A DNA stretch of 64,000 nucleotides from Gemmatimonadota bacterium (GCA_965116475.1 OZ220691.1:1696001-1760000); one strand, 5' to 3'; shown: positions 1 through 9,846, numbered from the stretch's first letter. Program-made: numbers and translations. The notes: a model not told the origin generated them from the letters alone.

Positions 1-71
1 GGTCCTTTCGCCGATGGCGTCACGGCCGGCCGCGGCGACACCTCGAGAGCGGGGCTCTCGTAAGGAGGCGC

Positions 72-317
72 ATGAAACGCTCGATCGAAGATGCGCAGCA
101 GCGGCTCGCCGAGAAGCTGCTTTCGCGCAAGGACGTGTCCGCCGTGGGCATCGGGGCCGACAACGGGGACCCGTGTCTGAAGGTCTACCTCTCCGGGTCC
201 TCTTCCCGGAAGTCGATTCCCGACCGGTACGACGGACACCCGGTGCGCGTGGTCGGCGGCGGCCCGTTCCGGGCGCAGGAGAACGGGCCGGCGGGCGCGG
301 CGACCGGCGGCGCGTGA
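72..317 (+). CDS. Small protein homologous to the N-terminal prodomain of the adjacent serine protease
   Basis: RBS AAGGAGG before ATG 72. VSAVGIG...CLKVYL...IPDRYDGHPVRVVGGGPFR aligns by eye with residues ~78-131 of the next ORF. Confidence 0.75.
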   Translation: MKRSIEDAQQRLAEKLLSRKDVSAVGIGADNGDPCLKVYLSGSSSRKSIPDRYDGHPVRVVGGGPFRAQENGPAGAATGGA

Positions 318-333
318 CGGGCGAGGAAGACAG

Positions 334-1479
334 GTGATGACGCCGCGCCGGAATCTCGTGCTTGCGATCGCCATCGCGGCCGCCACATGCGTCGGGGTCG
401 GCGTCCACTGGACCCTGACCTCCTGGCCGACACGACCCCCGGCGCTGCCCCCACCGCGGCTTCCCACGCGTCCGCCGCTGCCCCCGGGCGCCTCCGCCCA
501 GGAGTGGCTGGCGGCCGCCATGCAGGTGCAGAGCGACAACGAATCGATGCTCTTCGCCGTTCCGGGCGTGGTCGGCGTGGGCATCGGGTTCTCGGACGCC
601 GGAACGCCGACGATCAAGGTCTTCGTCGACCCCGCCGCCGCCCCCGTGTCGCGTGGCCTCCAGGGCATCCCGGAGGCGCTCGGTCTCTTCCCGGTCACCG
701 TCGAGCCGGCCGGCCCGTTCCGCGTCCTGCCGCCGGAGTCCGCCGCGCCGGCTTCGGCGGACGAAGGACCGGTGCCCACGGGGCGCTTCGACCGCCCGGT
801 GCCCATGGGCGTGTCCACGGGCCACACCCGCTCCACGGCGGGCACGATCGGCGCCGTCGTGACCGATGGCGAGCGCCGGTACGCACTGAGCAACTGGCAC
901 GTGTTCGTGCCGGGCGGCGAGGGACGGGTGGGCGACGTTCTCCTGCAGCCGGGACCCGTCGATGGCGGCTCGGATCCGGGGGATGCGATCGGCACGCTGA
1001 CGGCGTTCGAGCCGGTGGTGCTGTCGCCGTTCGCGACGAACCGGATCGATGCGGCGATCGCGCGCACGGACGAGGTGCTGCCGGAGACGCCGGTGGGGGG
1101 CTATGGGTCGCCGCGCGGCACGACGATGGCGGCGAAGCCGGGGCTGCAGGTCCAGAAGTACGGGCGGACGACGCGTCTCACGGTCGGGGAGGTGGAGGCG
1201 GTCAACGCGTCGATCAACGTGACCTACGGGTCGGCCGGGTCGCAGGTGGCCCGCTTTGTCGGTCAGATCATGGTGTGCTGCAACTTCAGCCAGGGCGGCG
1301 ATTCCGGCTCGCTGATCGTGGCGCGCGACCTGGACCGCGACGGGAACGCGGGCCCGGACGACCGCAAGCCGGTCGCCCTGCTCTTCGCCGGCGACGGCCG
1401 GCTCACGATCGCGAACCCGATCGACCTCGTCCTCGACCGCTTCGACGTGACGATCGTGGGCGAGGACGCCCGCCGCTGA
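334..1479 (+). CDS. Membrane-anchored/secreted trypsin-like (S1, Nal1-like) serine protease with prodomain
   Basis: N-terminal hydrophobic segment and Pro-rich linker. Catalytic triad motifs LSNWHV, IDAAIA, GDSGS; KYGRTT motif. Confidence 0.85.
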   Translation: MMTPRRNLVLAIAIAAATCVGVGVHWTLTSWPTRPPALPPPRLPTRPPLPPGASAQEWLAAAMQVQSDNESMLFAVPGVVGVGIGFSDAGTPTIKVFVDPAAAPVSRGLQGIPEALGLFPVTVEPAGPFRVLPPESAAPASADEGPVPTGRFDRPVPMGVSTGHTRSTAGTIGAVVTDGERRYALSNWHVFVPGGEGRVGDVLLQPGPVDGGSDPGDAIGTLTAFEPVVLSPFATNRIDAAIARTDEVLPETPVGGYGSPRGTTMAAKPGLQVQKYGRTTRLTVGEVEAVNASINVTYGSAGSQVARFVGQIMVCCNFSQGGDSGSLIVARDLDRDGNAGPDDRKPVALLFAGDGRLTIANPIDLVLDRFDVTIVGEDARR

Positions 1480-1573
1480 CGCCCGCCGCTGACGCCGACC
1501 CCTTGCGGCGGGCCCCCGGCAGCGACCGGCGGCCCGTGGCAAAACCCCGCTGCGGGTTGCTAGTTTGGCGACC

Positions 1574-1798
1574 ATGACACACTTCCGGTCGCACTTCCTG
1601 CCGCGCACGCCGACGGGCCGCCGGCTCGTCGTCCTCTTCCTGGTTCTGTTCGCGTTCACGCAACCGCCGCTCGTGTACGTGATCGGCAACCGCGTCGAGC
1701 CGTGGATCGCCGGCCTGCCCTTCCTCTACGTGTACCTGCTCGTCGTCTACATCCTCCTCATCGGAGTTCTGATCCAGGTGCAGAGGCGGGGGCTCTGA
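1574..1798 (+). CDS. Small two-TM partner of a sodium:solute symporter (DUF3311-like)
   Basis: NRVEPWIAGLPFLY motif; stop overlaps the SSS start (TGATG). Confidence 0.8.
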   Translation: MTHFRSHFLPRTPTGRRLVVLFLVLFAFTQPPLVYVIGNRVEPWIAGLPFLYVYLLVVYILLIGVLIQVQRRGL

Positions 1799-3291
1799 TG
1801 GAGGCGTGGGTCGTCGCGACGGGGCTCATCTTCGTCTACCTGGTGGCGACGATCGTGCTCGGGGCGATCGCGAACCGGCGCATGTCCGTGGACCTGGAGG
1901 ACTTCCTCCTCTACGGACGCAAGGCGGGGTTCATCGTCCTCTACCTCACCGTCGTCGCCACCTACCACTCGGCCTTCGCCTTCCTCGGTTCGGGCGGTTT
2001 CTTCTACACGCACGGGATCGGGTTCTGGGCGGCGGGCGCGTGGACCGTGCTCGTCGGGGCGATCACCTACGTGCTCGGGAGCCGGATCTGGGCGCTGGGG
2101 AAGACGTTCGGCTACATCACGCCCGCCGATCTGCTGGCGGACTTCTACGAGTCGGATGCCGTGCGCGTGGTGGCGGCGATCGTCTCCGTCCTGTTCACGA
2201 TTCTCTACATCCAGGTCCAGGCCGTGGGCCTGGGCTACATCCTCTCCGTGGCGTCGGGCGACCGGATCTCGTTCGAACTGGGAACGCTGATCCTGCTCGT
2301 GGTCGCCGCGGGCTACCTCATCGCGGGGGGTCTGCGGGCGGTCTACTGGACGGACGTGATCCAGGGCGTGTGGATGTACGTCGCCGTGTGGGCGGGCGCC
2401 CTCGTACTCGCCTTCGAACTGTTCGGCGGACCCCTCGAGCTATGGCGGCGGGTGGCGGCGGAGCGCCCCGATCTCCTGTCACTTCCGGGCCCGGAGGGGT
2501 TCTTCACGCCGGGGATGTGGTTCGGGATGATCGTCGTGCTCTCGTTCGGGATCGTCTTCCAGCCGCACCTCTTCATCCGCTACTACACCGCGGTTTCGGC
2601 CCGCACGATCAAGCTGCTGGGCGCGACGACGCCGATCTATCTCATGACCCTCTACATCCCGGCGGCGCTCGTGGGCCTGGGCGGCGCGCTGGTGATGCCG
2701 GACATCGCGATTCCGGACCGGATCTTCCCCGAAATGCTGTTCGCGTACGCCCCGGCCTGGCTCACGGGCGCGATCCTGGCCGGCGCGACGGCGGCGGCGA
2801 TGTCCACCCTCGACTCGATGCTGCACGCGAACATGACCGTGCTGACGCGCGATGTGTACCAGCGCTACATCCGCACCGGCGCGAGCCAGAATCACTACAT
2901 CCTCATCGGGCGCCTCATCGTCGTGGCCCTCCTCGCCGTGGGGTACTTCCTCTCAGTGAGCACGTTCGACTTCCTCGTGCAACTCGTGGCGCTGTCGGGT
3001 TCCGGGGCGCTGCAGCTGATGCCGGCCGTCCTCGGGGTCTGCTTCCCGGGGCGGTACCTGACGACGAAGGCCGGGGTCATCGCGGGCATCGGGTGGGGTC
3101 TCGCGACGCTCGGCGTCACGCTCATCTTCGTCCCCCATCCCCTCGGCCTGCACGGCGGGGTGTGGGGACTGCTGGTGAACTTCGTCGTGACCTTCGTGGT
3201 GAGCCGGTTCACGCTCCCGCCGAGCGACGTGACCGTGTCGCGGATCCACGGCGCGATCGAGCGCTTCGTGTACGAGGGCGACCCCGCTTGA
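1798..3291 (+). CDS. Sodium:solute symporter family transporter
   Basis: About 13 hydrophobic segments; SAFAFLG, GGLRAVYWTDVIQG, AAAMSTLDS motifs. Confidence 0.92.
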   Translation: MEAWVVATGLIFVYLVATIVLGAIANRRMSVDLEDFLLYGRKAGFIVLYLTVVATYHSAFAFLGSGGFFYTHGIGFWAAGAWTVLVGAITYVLGSRIWALGKTFGYITPADLLADFYESDAVRVVAAIVSVLFTILYIQVQAVGLGYILSVASGDRISFELGTLILLVVAAGYLIAGGLRAVYWTDVIQGVWMYVAVWAGALVLAFELFGGPLELWRRVAAERPDLLSLPGPEGFFTPGMWFGMIVVLSFGIVFQPHLFIRYYTAVSARTIKLLGATTPIYLMTLYIPAALVGLGGALVMPDIAIPDRIFPEMLFAYAPAWLTGAILAGATAAAMSTLDSMLHANMTVLTRDVYQRYIRTGASQNHYILIGRLIVVALLAVGYFLSVSTFDFLVQLVALSGSGALQLMPAVLGVCFPGRYLTTKAGVIAGIGWGLATLGVTLIFVPHPLGLHGGVWGLLVNFVVTFVVSRFTLPPSDVTVSRIHGAIERFVYEGDPA

Positions 3292-3317
3292 GCGCGGCCG
3301 CGGTCGGGGTCTGACCT

Positions 3318-3770
3318 TTGGGCAGGCTCATCGGAGGCGTCGCCCTTCTCGCGCTGGCGCTGTTCATGGTCGTGGGGTTCCTTCGCTCGGGCGTGGATCC
3401 GCTCGCGCTGAGGACGATCGTGGCGCTCTTCATCGCGGCCGGGCTGCCCGCCGCGGGCGGCGGCCTGCTCCTTGCGCGCCACTTCGGAGTCGGACGCCGC
3501 ATCGAACACCGGCGGGAGGCGCTCCGCCGCGACACGCTCGAGGCCGAGATCCTGAAGATGGCGGGACGCCACGGCGGGCGGCTGACGGCGGTCGAAGTCG
3601 CCGGGGAACTGGCGCTGCCGACGACGACGGCCGAGGAACTCCTGAACGAACTCATGGCGCGGGAGATGGCCGAGATCGAGGTCACGGATTCGGGCCTGCT
3701 CGTGTACTCCTTCCACGACGTGCGGCACCTGTCGGAGAAGGAAACCGCGCGCGGGCTTCTCGATCCGTGA
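3318..3770 (+). CDS. Two-TM membrane protein with C-terminal winged-helix-like domain
   Basis: Two TM helices, then ILKMAGRHGGRLTAVEVA...GLLVYSF; TTG start. Confidence 0.65.
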   Translation: MGRLIGGVALLALALFMVVGFLRSGVDPLALRTIVALFIAAGLPAAGGGLLLARHFGVGRRIEHRREALRRDTLEAEILKMAGRHGGRLTAVEVAGELALPTTTAEELLNELMAREMAEIEVTDSGLLVYSFHDVRHLSEKETARGLLDP

Positions 3771-3786
3771 GGGGAGAGCCGTCGTC

Positions 3787-4455
3787 GTGACCGAGACGCG
3801 CTGGCCGTGCCCCGTATGTCTCGGGACCAGGATGGAGAAGACGTCTCTCGGGACCGGGGCCGGAGACGCCCCGGGCCGGCTGACCCTCGACCATTGCGGC
3901 CGGTGCGGCGGCATGTGGTTCGAGTTGGGGGAGGTACAGCGCCTCCGTTCCGAGCGGCCCGAGTCGCTGTGGGCGCAGATCCCGGCCCGGGACGAGCGGC
4001 ACCGGGCCCAGTGTCACACGTGCCGCGCGTTCGTGGACCGCGATGCGCCGAAATGCGCCGCCTGCGGGGCGAAGACCCGCCTGAACTGCCCCGCCTGCGA
4101 TACCCGGATGCTGCAGGTCCGTCAGTCCTCGCTTACGCTCGATGTGTGCAAACGCTGCAAGGGCGTGTGGTTCGACCACCACGAACTCGAGGCGATCTGG
4201 GAGCTGGAGCGCGACCGGCTTATCGCGCGGCGGGGACGCGACGGAGCGGTCACGCGCAGCGCGGATACCGGCGCCGATGTCCTGTTCGAGACGCTCTTCT
4301 GGGCGCCGGATCTCGTCTTCGTGGGCGCGCACGTCGCCGGCCACGCCGCGGCGGCCGCGGTGGAAGCGGCGCCGGCCGCGCTCGACGCCGTCGGCGATGC
4401 GGCCGCGAGCGTGTTCGAGGCGATCCTCGAGATCGTGGGCGGCATCTTCGGCTGA
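3787..4455 (+). CDS. Multi zinc-ribbon (zf-TFIIB-like) protein
   Basis: Six CxxC pairs; two CxxCxGxWF(D/E)xxE(V/L) repeats. Confidence 0.8.
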   Translation: MTETRWPCPVCLGTRMEKTSLGTGAGDAPGRLTLDHCGRCGGMWFELGEVQRLRSERPESLWAQIPARDERHRAQCHTCRAFVDRDAPKCAACGAKTRLNCPACDTRMLQVRQSSLTLDVCKRCKGVWFDHHELEAIWELERDRLIARRGRDGAVTRSADTGADVLFETLFWAPDLVFVGAHVAGHAAAAAVEAAPAALDAVGDAAASVFEAILEIVGGIFG

Positions 4456-4509
4456 GTCCGCTCCGACGCGACGACGTTTCTTTCCTCTTTCCTATTGGAG
4501 AACCGACGA

Positions 4510-4926
4510 ATGGAAATCGTGCTGGCCACGCTGGCCGACGCCGCCAATACATCGAACGACGGCAAGCTCAATCTCATGGGCCTCTTCGACACGCTCTACG
4601 CCGGCGCCATGCCGGTGACCCACCCCTCCATGCAACTGGTCCTGAGGATCCGGGCCGAGCCGTCCGAAACCGACCGGCAGCACGAACTCGAAATCCGCTG
4701 CATGGACGAGGACGGAGAGGAACTGTTCAAGGTGACGGGCGGGTTCTCCGTCCAGGCCCCGCCGGGGAAGGCGGCCACCTTCAATCACATCGTGGGCATC
4801 GCCAACCTCACGTTCCAGAAATACGGCGGGTACACGTTTCCGATCTTCATCAACCGGGACCTGAAGCGGACGGTGGAACTCGACGTCATGCAGGCGGAGG
4901 CACCCGCGGATCCGCCGCGAGACTGA
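4510..4926 (+). CDS. Hypothetical protein (DUF6941-like beta-sandwich)
   Basis: LADAAN..DGKLNLMGLFD...F...G.Y.F.I pattern; GGAG upstream. Confidence 0.7.
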   Translation: MEIVLATLADAANTSNDGKLNLMGLFDTLYAGAMPVTHPSMQLVLRIRAEPSETDRQHELEIRCMDEDGEELFKVTGGFSVQAPPGKAATFNHIVGIANLTFQKYGGYTFPIFINRDLKRTVELDVMQAEAPADPPRD

Positions 4927-4959
4927 TCGTCCCGCCTCGAAACTGAAAGGACGGAAGGG

Positions 4960-7167
4960 TCAGCGGCCGTCCGGGCCGGGGTCCGGGGCGGGATCGGCGG
5001 ACGATTCCGCCTCCCACAGGCGCCGCTGCTCGCTGGTCAGGTAGTGCCGGATCGCCGTCGCGTCCTCCATCGAGAGGAGGTCGCCGAAGCCGGCCATGCC
5101 GTTCGCGGCGAGCGCGCCGCCGAGCACCACCGCGTCGAAGCTCTCCCACGCGCCGCCATCCATGCGGCGCAGATCGGGATAGGCGGAGAGGTGTTCGTCC
5201 GAGGCCCGGTGGCAGATGCCGCAGTGGACGCCGAAGAGTTCCGATCCGCGCCGGACCCTGGCCTCGTCGAGCGCGAGATCCGGCGGTTCCGGCGTCGTCG
5301 GCACGATCTGCGCGGGCGGTAGCGGCACTTCCCCGCCGTCGAGCCTGAAGACGAGCAGCCGTCCCGCGCTGTCGTAGTCGTACGCCGCCGAACCGAGCGG
5401 ATAGGCGGCGCCTCTCGGCCCGCCGTAGCCCGCCATGACCGCGATGTACTGCACGCCGTCGACCTCGTACGTCATGGGCCCCGCCATGACGCCGGTGCCG
5501 AGGTGGATGCTGTGGATGCGTGCGCCGGTGTCGGCCTGGTGGAAGTCGAGCGTGCCCACCGCCGTCCCCTGGATGACGAGGTTCCCTCCCGTCACCAGGG
5601 TGCCCCCGTTCCACATGCTGCCGCGCGGAACCCTCCACAGCTCGCGCCCCGCGACGGGGTCCCACGCGAGGAGAAACTCGTTCGGGCCAATGTCCGGGAG
5701 ACCGTCGGCGAGGTGCGCGAACGCCTCCGGGAACGGAGGCCACGAGGCCGTGAAGCCCTCGTACGCGACCTCCGGGCGATGGTCGAACGCCTCCAGCGAA
5801 CGCCACAGCATGGCCTGTTCGCGGGCGGGGATGTAGGCGATGCCCGTCTCGGGGTTGAAGGACATCGGCTGCCAGTTGTGCCCGCCCGCGGAGGACGGGA
5901 AGACGACCCGCGGTTCGTCGCGGTAGTCCGCGGCCGGGTTCGGGATCGGCCGGCCCGTCTCGAAGTCGATCCCCCGCGCCCACGTGACGGTCACGAAGTT
6001 CTCCGCCTGCAGCAGCTCCCCCGTGGCGCGGTCGAGCACGTAGAAGAAGCCGTTCTTGGGGGCCTGCATCAGGACATCGCGCGGGCCGCCGTCGATCGTG
6101 ACCGTGCTCAGGATGAGGTTCTGCGTCGCGGTGTAGTCCCAGATCTCGCCCGGCACCGTCTGGTAGTGCCAGACGAGGCGCCCGGTCTTCGGGTCGATGG
6201 CGAGGATGGAGACGAGGTAGAGGTTGTCGCCCCCCGACGGGCTCCGGTGCCAGATCGGGTACGGGTAGGCGTTCCCCGTCCCCACGTAGAGAAGGTCGAG
6301 CCGGGGGTCGTAGGCCATCTCCCCCCACACGGTGCCCCCGAGTCCCCCCTCCCAGGCCGAGTCCGGGTCCCACGTGGCGGCGGCCGCCTCCATCTCCGGG
6401 TGCTCGAAGCCCTCCGCCGGGTCGCCGGGAACCGTGAAGAAGCGCCACGCCTCCTCGCCGGTCTCGAGGTCGTAGGCCGTGATGTAGCCGCGCACGCCGA
6501 AGTCGCCGCCGGCGTTGCCGAGGACGACGACGTCGCCGGCGATCTGCGGCGAGCCGGTGCTCGTGTAGGAGAGGGACCGGTCGATGAAGGTGTCGACGCG
6601 CCACACCTCCTCGCCCGTCGCCGCGTCGAGCGCCACCAGCCAGCCGTCGAAGGTGCCGACGTAGACGCGCCCCTCCCACACCTCGAGTCCGCGGTTGACC
6701 GGGCCGCAGCAGCCCTTGCGCGTGGTGCTCGGGTCGACCGGCGGATCGTAGCGCCAGACCGGTGCTCCCGTCGCGGCGTCGAGCGCCGCGACGCTTCCCC
6801 ACGGCCCGGGCGAGTACATCACGCCGTCCACGACCACGGGAGTGGCCTCGAGCCCCCAGTGCACGGAGCCGACGTGGGACCGCCACTCGTATTCCCAGGC
6901 GAGCCCCACGGCGGCCGCGTTCATGACGTGAATCCGTCCGAGCGGAGAATACCGGGTCTCCCCGAAATCGCGGCCGGAGGTCAGCCACTCCGCCGCGACC
7001 GTATCCGTCGCCAGCAGACGGTCCCGGTTGACGGCGCCGGCCGCGTCGCGGGGCGGCGAGGGTGCGCAGGCCGCCAGCGCGCCGGCCACCAGTGCGCCGG
7101 CCACCAGCCCACAGGCCGCGAAGCGTGCGTCAGCCAGCCGACGGACGTCCGGATTGCCGCGAGCCAC
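4960..7167 (-). CDS. PQQ-dependent quinohemoprotein (type II) alcohol dehydrogenase with C-terminal cytochrome c
   Basis: Signal/lipobox LAAC; vicinal CC (GCCGPVNRG); WDYTATQ (Ca-type, not DxD); QAPKNGFFYVLDR; heme motif CGICH. Confidence 0.92.
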   Translation of the reverse strand: MARGNPDVRRLADARFAACGLVAGALVAGALAACAPSPPRDAAGAVNRDRLLATDTVAAEWLTSGRDFGETRYSPLGRIHVMNAAAVGLAWEYEWRSHVGSVHWGLEATPVVVDGVMYSPGPWGSVAALDAATGAPVWRYDPPVDPSTTRKGCCGPVNRGLEVWEGRVYVGTFDGWLVALDAATGEEVWRVDTFIDRSLSYTSTGSPQIAGDVVVLGNAGGDFGVRGYITAYDLETGEEAWRFFTVPGDPAEGFEHPEMEAAAATWDPDSAWEGGLGGTVWGEMAYDPRLDLLYVGTGNAYPYPIWHRSPSGGDNLYLVSILAIDPKTGRLVWHYQTVPGEIWDYTATQNLILSTVTIDGGPRDVLMQAPKNGFFYVLDRATGELLQAENFVTVTWARGIDFETGRPIPNPAADYRDEPRVVFPSSAGGHNWQPMSFNPETGIAYIPAREQAMLWRSLEAFDHRPEVAYEGFTASWPPFPEAFAHLADGLPDIGPNEFLLAWDPVAGRELWRVPRGSMWNGGTLVTGGNLVIQGTAVGTLDFHQADTGARIHSIHLGTGVMAGPMTYEVDGVQYIAVMAGYGGPRGAAYPLGSAAYDYDSAGRLLVFRLDGGEVPLPPAQIVPTTPEPPDLALDEARVRRGSELFGVHCGICHRASDEHLSAYPDLRRMDGGAWESFDAVVLGGALAANGMAGFGDLLSMEDATAIRHYLTSEQRRLWEAESSADPAPDPGPDGR

Positions 7168-7174
7168 GGGCCTG

Positions 7175-9328
7175 TTAGAAGCGCGGAGTTACGGTGAGGC
7201 GGAAGCTTCGGGTGGGTCCCGGACTCCGTTCCTGCACGTCCACATAGGTCGTCTGGAACAGGTTCTCGATCTTCGCCTGCACGCGAGTCCCCAGAATCCG
7301 GGTGCGCACGCGCAGGTCGACGAGGTTGATCGCGCTGCGCTCGTCGAGCGGGAAGGCGAGCACCTGCTCCACGCGGCTCCGGTGCCGGAAGTCGATGGCG
7401 ACCATGCCTCTCAACCCGGACGCCGTCGCCGTGAAGTTGTGTCGCGACCGGTAGGGGAGCGCGCGCCCGGTCCGGTCGTCCCTCGTGTCGAGGAAGGTGT
7501 AGTTCGCGTTGAGGTCCAGGCGGGTCGGGATCACGCCGATCCGCAAACCCGCGTCGACGCCCCGCACCATGGCCTCGGCGACGTTGCGGAACTGAAACAC
7601 GAACACGTTGTTGGGCGCCGGCGACGGTTCGATGAGATCGGTGTAGTCGCTCCAGAAGAGTCCGGCGTCCAGCCAGACGCGATCGCTCACGTGCACGGTC
7701 GCCCCGACCTCCCGGGCCCAGGCGGATTCTCCCCGCAGTTCGAGATTGGGGATGACGCGAAATCCGAACTGGGTCGTCGAAGTGAACTGCTCGGACACGC
7801 TCGGCGCCCGGTATCCGCGGCTGAGCGACCCTCGAAAGCTCAACCGGTCGCTCGCCTCGTACACGATCCCGAGTTTCGGATTGACGAACCGGTCCTCCAT
7901 CGCTGCCGAGGCGTTGTGGTAGTCGAGTCGCAGGCCCACCGAGCCGCGAACCCGATCCGAGAAAGTGATCTCATCCTGCGCGAACAGCGCGAGGTCCGTC
8001 ACGTCCGGCGACGGCGCCAGGAAATTCGAGGTCACGCCGGTGAAGGCGCCTTCCGCCCCGATCGTCAGCGCGTGCGAGCCGTTGGGAAAGAGGGACCACT
8101 GGAGATCGGTGCCGATCCGCGTGGAGCGGTGGAAATCCTCGTTGTCGTGGAAGTAGTTCTGGTTCCGCGCGTGGTAGACGTGCGGCCGCACCTGCACGCG
8201 GTGCTTCGGCGTGACGATCGGATTGGCCGTTACGCCGAAGACGATGTCGTCCGAGCGAATCCAGTCCCCGAGTTCCGTCGGATCGACTTCCAGGGGACGG
8301 TCCGCCGACAGCCAGGTGAAGAACTCCTCCTCTTCCTTTCGCGTCCAATTGACGAAGATCTCCCAAGGGTTGGAGGATTCCGCCGGGAAGACCGTCTTGA
8401 GCCGCATCCGCCAGCGCTCGAGCGCGCCGTTCTGCCGGAACCCGTCCGACTCCTCGCGCGCGAGGTACAGGGTGGCACCGACATCCCCGAGGCGGCGTGA
8501 GTGCTGCAGGGCGAGCCCTTCCCTGCTCAGGCTCTCGTCCGTGAACGAGTGTCGGGCCGGGGTGTCGAAGAGCCCCACGTAGCCGCGGACGATGGTCTCG
8601 GGCTCCGGGGGGGGGCGTTTCGTGATCACGTTCACGACGCCGCCCAGCGCGTTCGTCCCCCACAGGGTGGAATGCGGACCCTTCACGATCTCGATCTGGT
8701 CCACGTCCAGCACGGGCAGACCGCTGAAATCGATCGACGCGCCCACGCCGGAGAGCACCCGGTGGCCGTCGAGGAGCATGAGCACGCGGCTTCCGACGCC
8801 CCGCGCCAGGCCGGTGGCGCCGCGGATGTCCATCTGGCCGGAGTTGAAGATCACGCCCTGCGCGAAGGGGAGCGCCTCGTCGAGGGTGACGACGTCGCGG
8901 TTGCCGAGTTCGTCACCGCTGATGACGGCGACGCTCACCGGGGCCTCGCCGGAGCGGACGGCGGAGCGGCTCGCCGTTACGGTCAGCTCGGGCACATCGA
9001 ACATCCGGCGCTCGAGCAGGATGCTGAGTTCGCCCGGCTGACCGGTCCGCAGTTCGCGTTCGGCGACGCGAAAGCCGTCCGCGACGACGATCAGGGTGAA
9101 GGTCCCATCGGCGGGGGAGGCGATCCCGAAGCCGCCATCGGGCCGCGTCGTGGCGCTCAGCGGGGTGTCGCGGATGAGCACGGTGGCCCCGGCGAGCGGT
9201 GCGCCCGTCTCCGCGTCCAGTACGCGACCGCGCACGATGGCGTCCTGGGCCTGGGCGGCGAGCGGGGCGCTCGCGTAGAAGGAGGCGAGCGCCGCCCGCG
9301 CGTAGAAAGAGGCGAGCACCGCGCGCAT
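7175..9328 (-). CDS. TonB-dependent receptor
   Basis: N-terminal carboxypeptidase-regulatory-like domain, VTASR, plug motif IEIVKGPHSTLWGTNALGGVVNVIT, C-terminal Phe. Start codon uncertain. Confidence 0.9.
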   Translation of the reverse strand: MRAVLASFYARAALASFYASAPLAAQAQDAIVRGRVLDAETGAPLAGATVLIRDTPLSATTRPDGGFGIASPADGTFTLIVVADGFRVAERELRTGQPGELSILLERRMFDVPELTVTASRSAVRSGEAPVSVAVISGDELGNRDVVTLDEALPFAQGVIFNSGQMDIRGATGLARGVGSRVLMLLDGHRVLSGVGASIDFSGLPVLDVDQIEIVKGPHSTLWGTNALGGVVNVITKRPPPEPETIVRGYVGLFDTPARHSFTDESLSREGLALQHSRRLGDVGATLYLAREESDGFRQNGALERWRMRLKTVFPAESSNPWEIFVNWTRKEEEEFFTWLSADRPLEVDPTELGDWIRSDDIVFGVTANPIVTPKHRVQVRPHVYHARNQNYFHDNEDFHRSTRIGTDLQWSLFPNGSHALTIGAEGAFTGVTSNFLAPSPDVTDLALFAQDEITFSDRVRGSVGLRLDYHNASAAMEDRFVNPKLGIVYEASDRLSFRGSLSRGYRAPSVSEQFTSTTQFGFRVIPNLELRGESAWAREVGATVHVSDRVWLDAGLFWSDYTDLIEPSPAPNNVFVFQFRNVAEAMVRGVDAGLRIGVIPTRLDLNANYTFLDTRDDRTGRALPYRSRHNFTATASGLRGMVAIDFRHRSRVEQVLAFPLDERSAINLVDLRVRTRILGTRVQAKIENLFQTTYVDVQERSPGPTRSFRLTVTPRF

Positions 9329-9350
9329 GTAGAAGAAGAGGAGCGCGGCG
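9257..9350 (-). repeat. Imperfect 27-bp tandem repeat (about 3 copies) at the TonB receptor 5' end
   Basis: GTAGAA at 9275, 9302 and 9329; encodes FYMRAVLAS/FYARAALAS/FYASAPLAA. Confidence 0.7.
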
Positions 9351-9381
9351 CCTGCCGTGAGACGTGGTCGGATACCGACCG

Positions 9382-9846
9382 CTACTGCCGCTGCCAAACT
9401 GTCGTCGCGGCCGCCGCCGGGGGCTGCGTCACGATGACGGAGAGAACGTTCCCCGCCAGCGTGAACGTGCCGAGGTTCTGCTGCGCCTGCCCCGCAAACT
9501 CCCAGCTCCCGTCCGTCCGTAGCGTAAACGTCCCCTGGTCCGCGATTTCCGTGACCTCGCCGTTCAGCGGGTTCGTCACCGTGAGGGACATCGACATCGT
9601 GCCGGTCGCCGTGTCGCCCGATGCGGAGTTCTGCGACAGCATGGCCGTTCCGACGGCGATCGGCGGTCCGATCGTCGCCCCCCCGGTGATCGCGCCCGAC
9701 AGGGATACGAGACTGTACGTGCCCGACACGTCCGGCGGTCCGGCGGCGGGGGGCGGCTCCGGGTCCATCGTGTCGTCGCCACCGCAGCCCGCGACAAGGG
9801 TCGCGACGAGCACCGGCATGCACAATCTGAGTAAGCGCTTCTTCAT
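9382..9846 (-). CDS. Lipoprotein with lipocalin-like beta domain
   Basis: Lipobox LVAGC, RBS GGAGG, SGTYSLVS...GTFTL pattern. Confidence 0.75.
   Translation of the reverse strand: MKKRLLRLCMPVLVATLVAGCGGDDTMDPEPPPAAGPPDVSGTYSLVSLSGAITGGATIGPPIAVGTAMLSQNSASGDTATGTMSMSLTVTNPLNGEVTEIADQGTFTLRTDGSWEFAGQAQQNLGTFTLAGNVLSVIVTQPPAAAATTVWQRQ

Noticed and set aside
4960..7167. Lanthanide-dependent dehydrogenase
   Set aside because: The active-site motif is D-Y-T, lacking the extra Asp of XoxF/ExaF-type enzymes.
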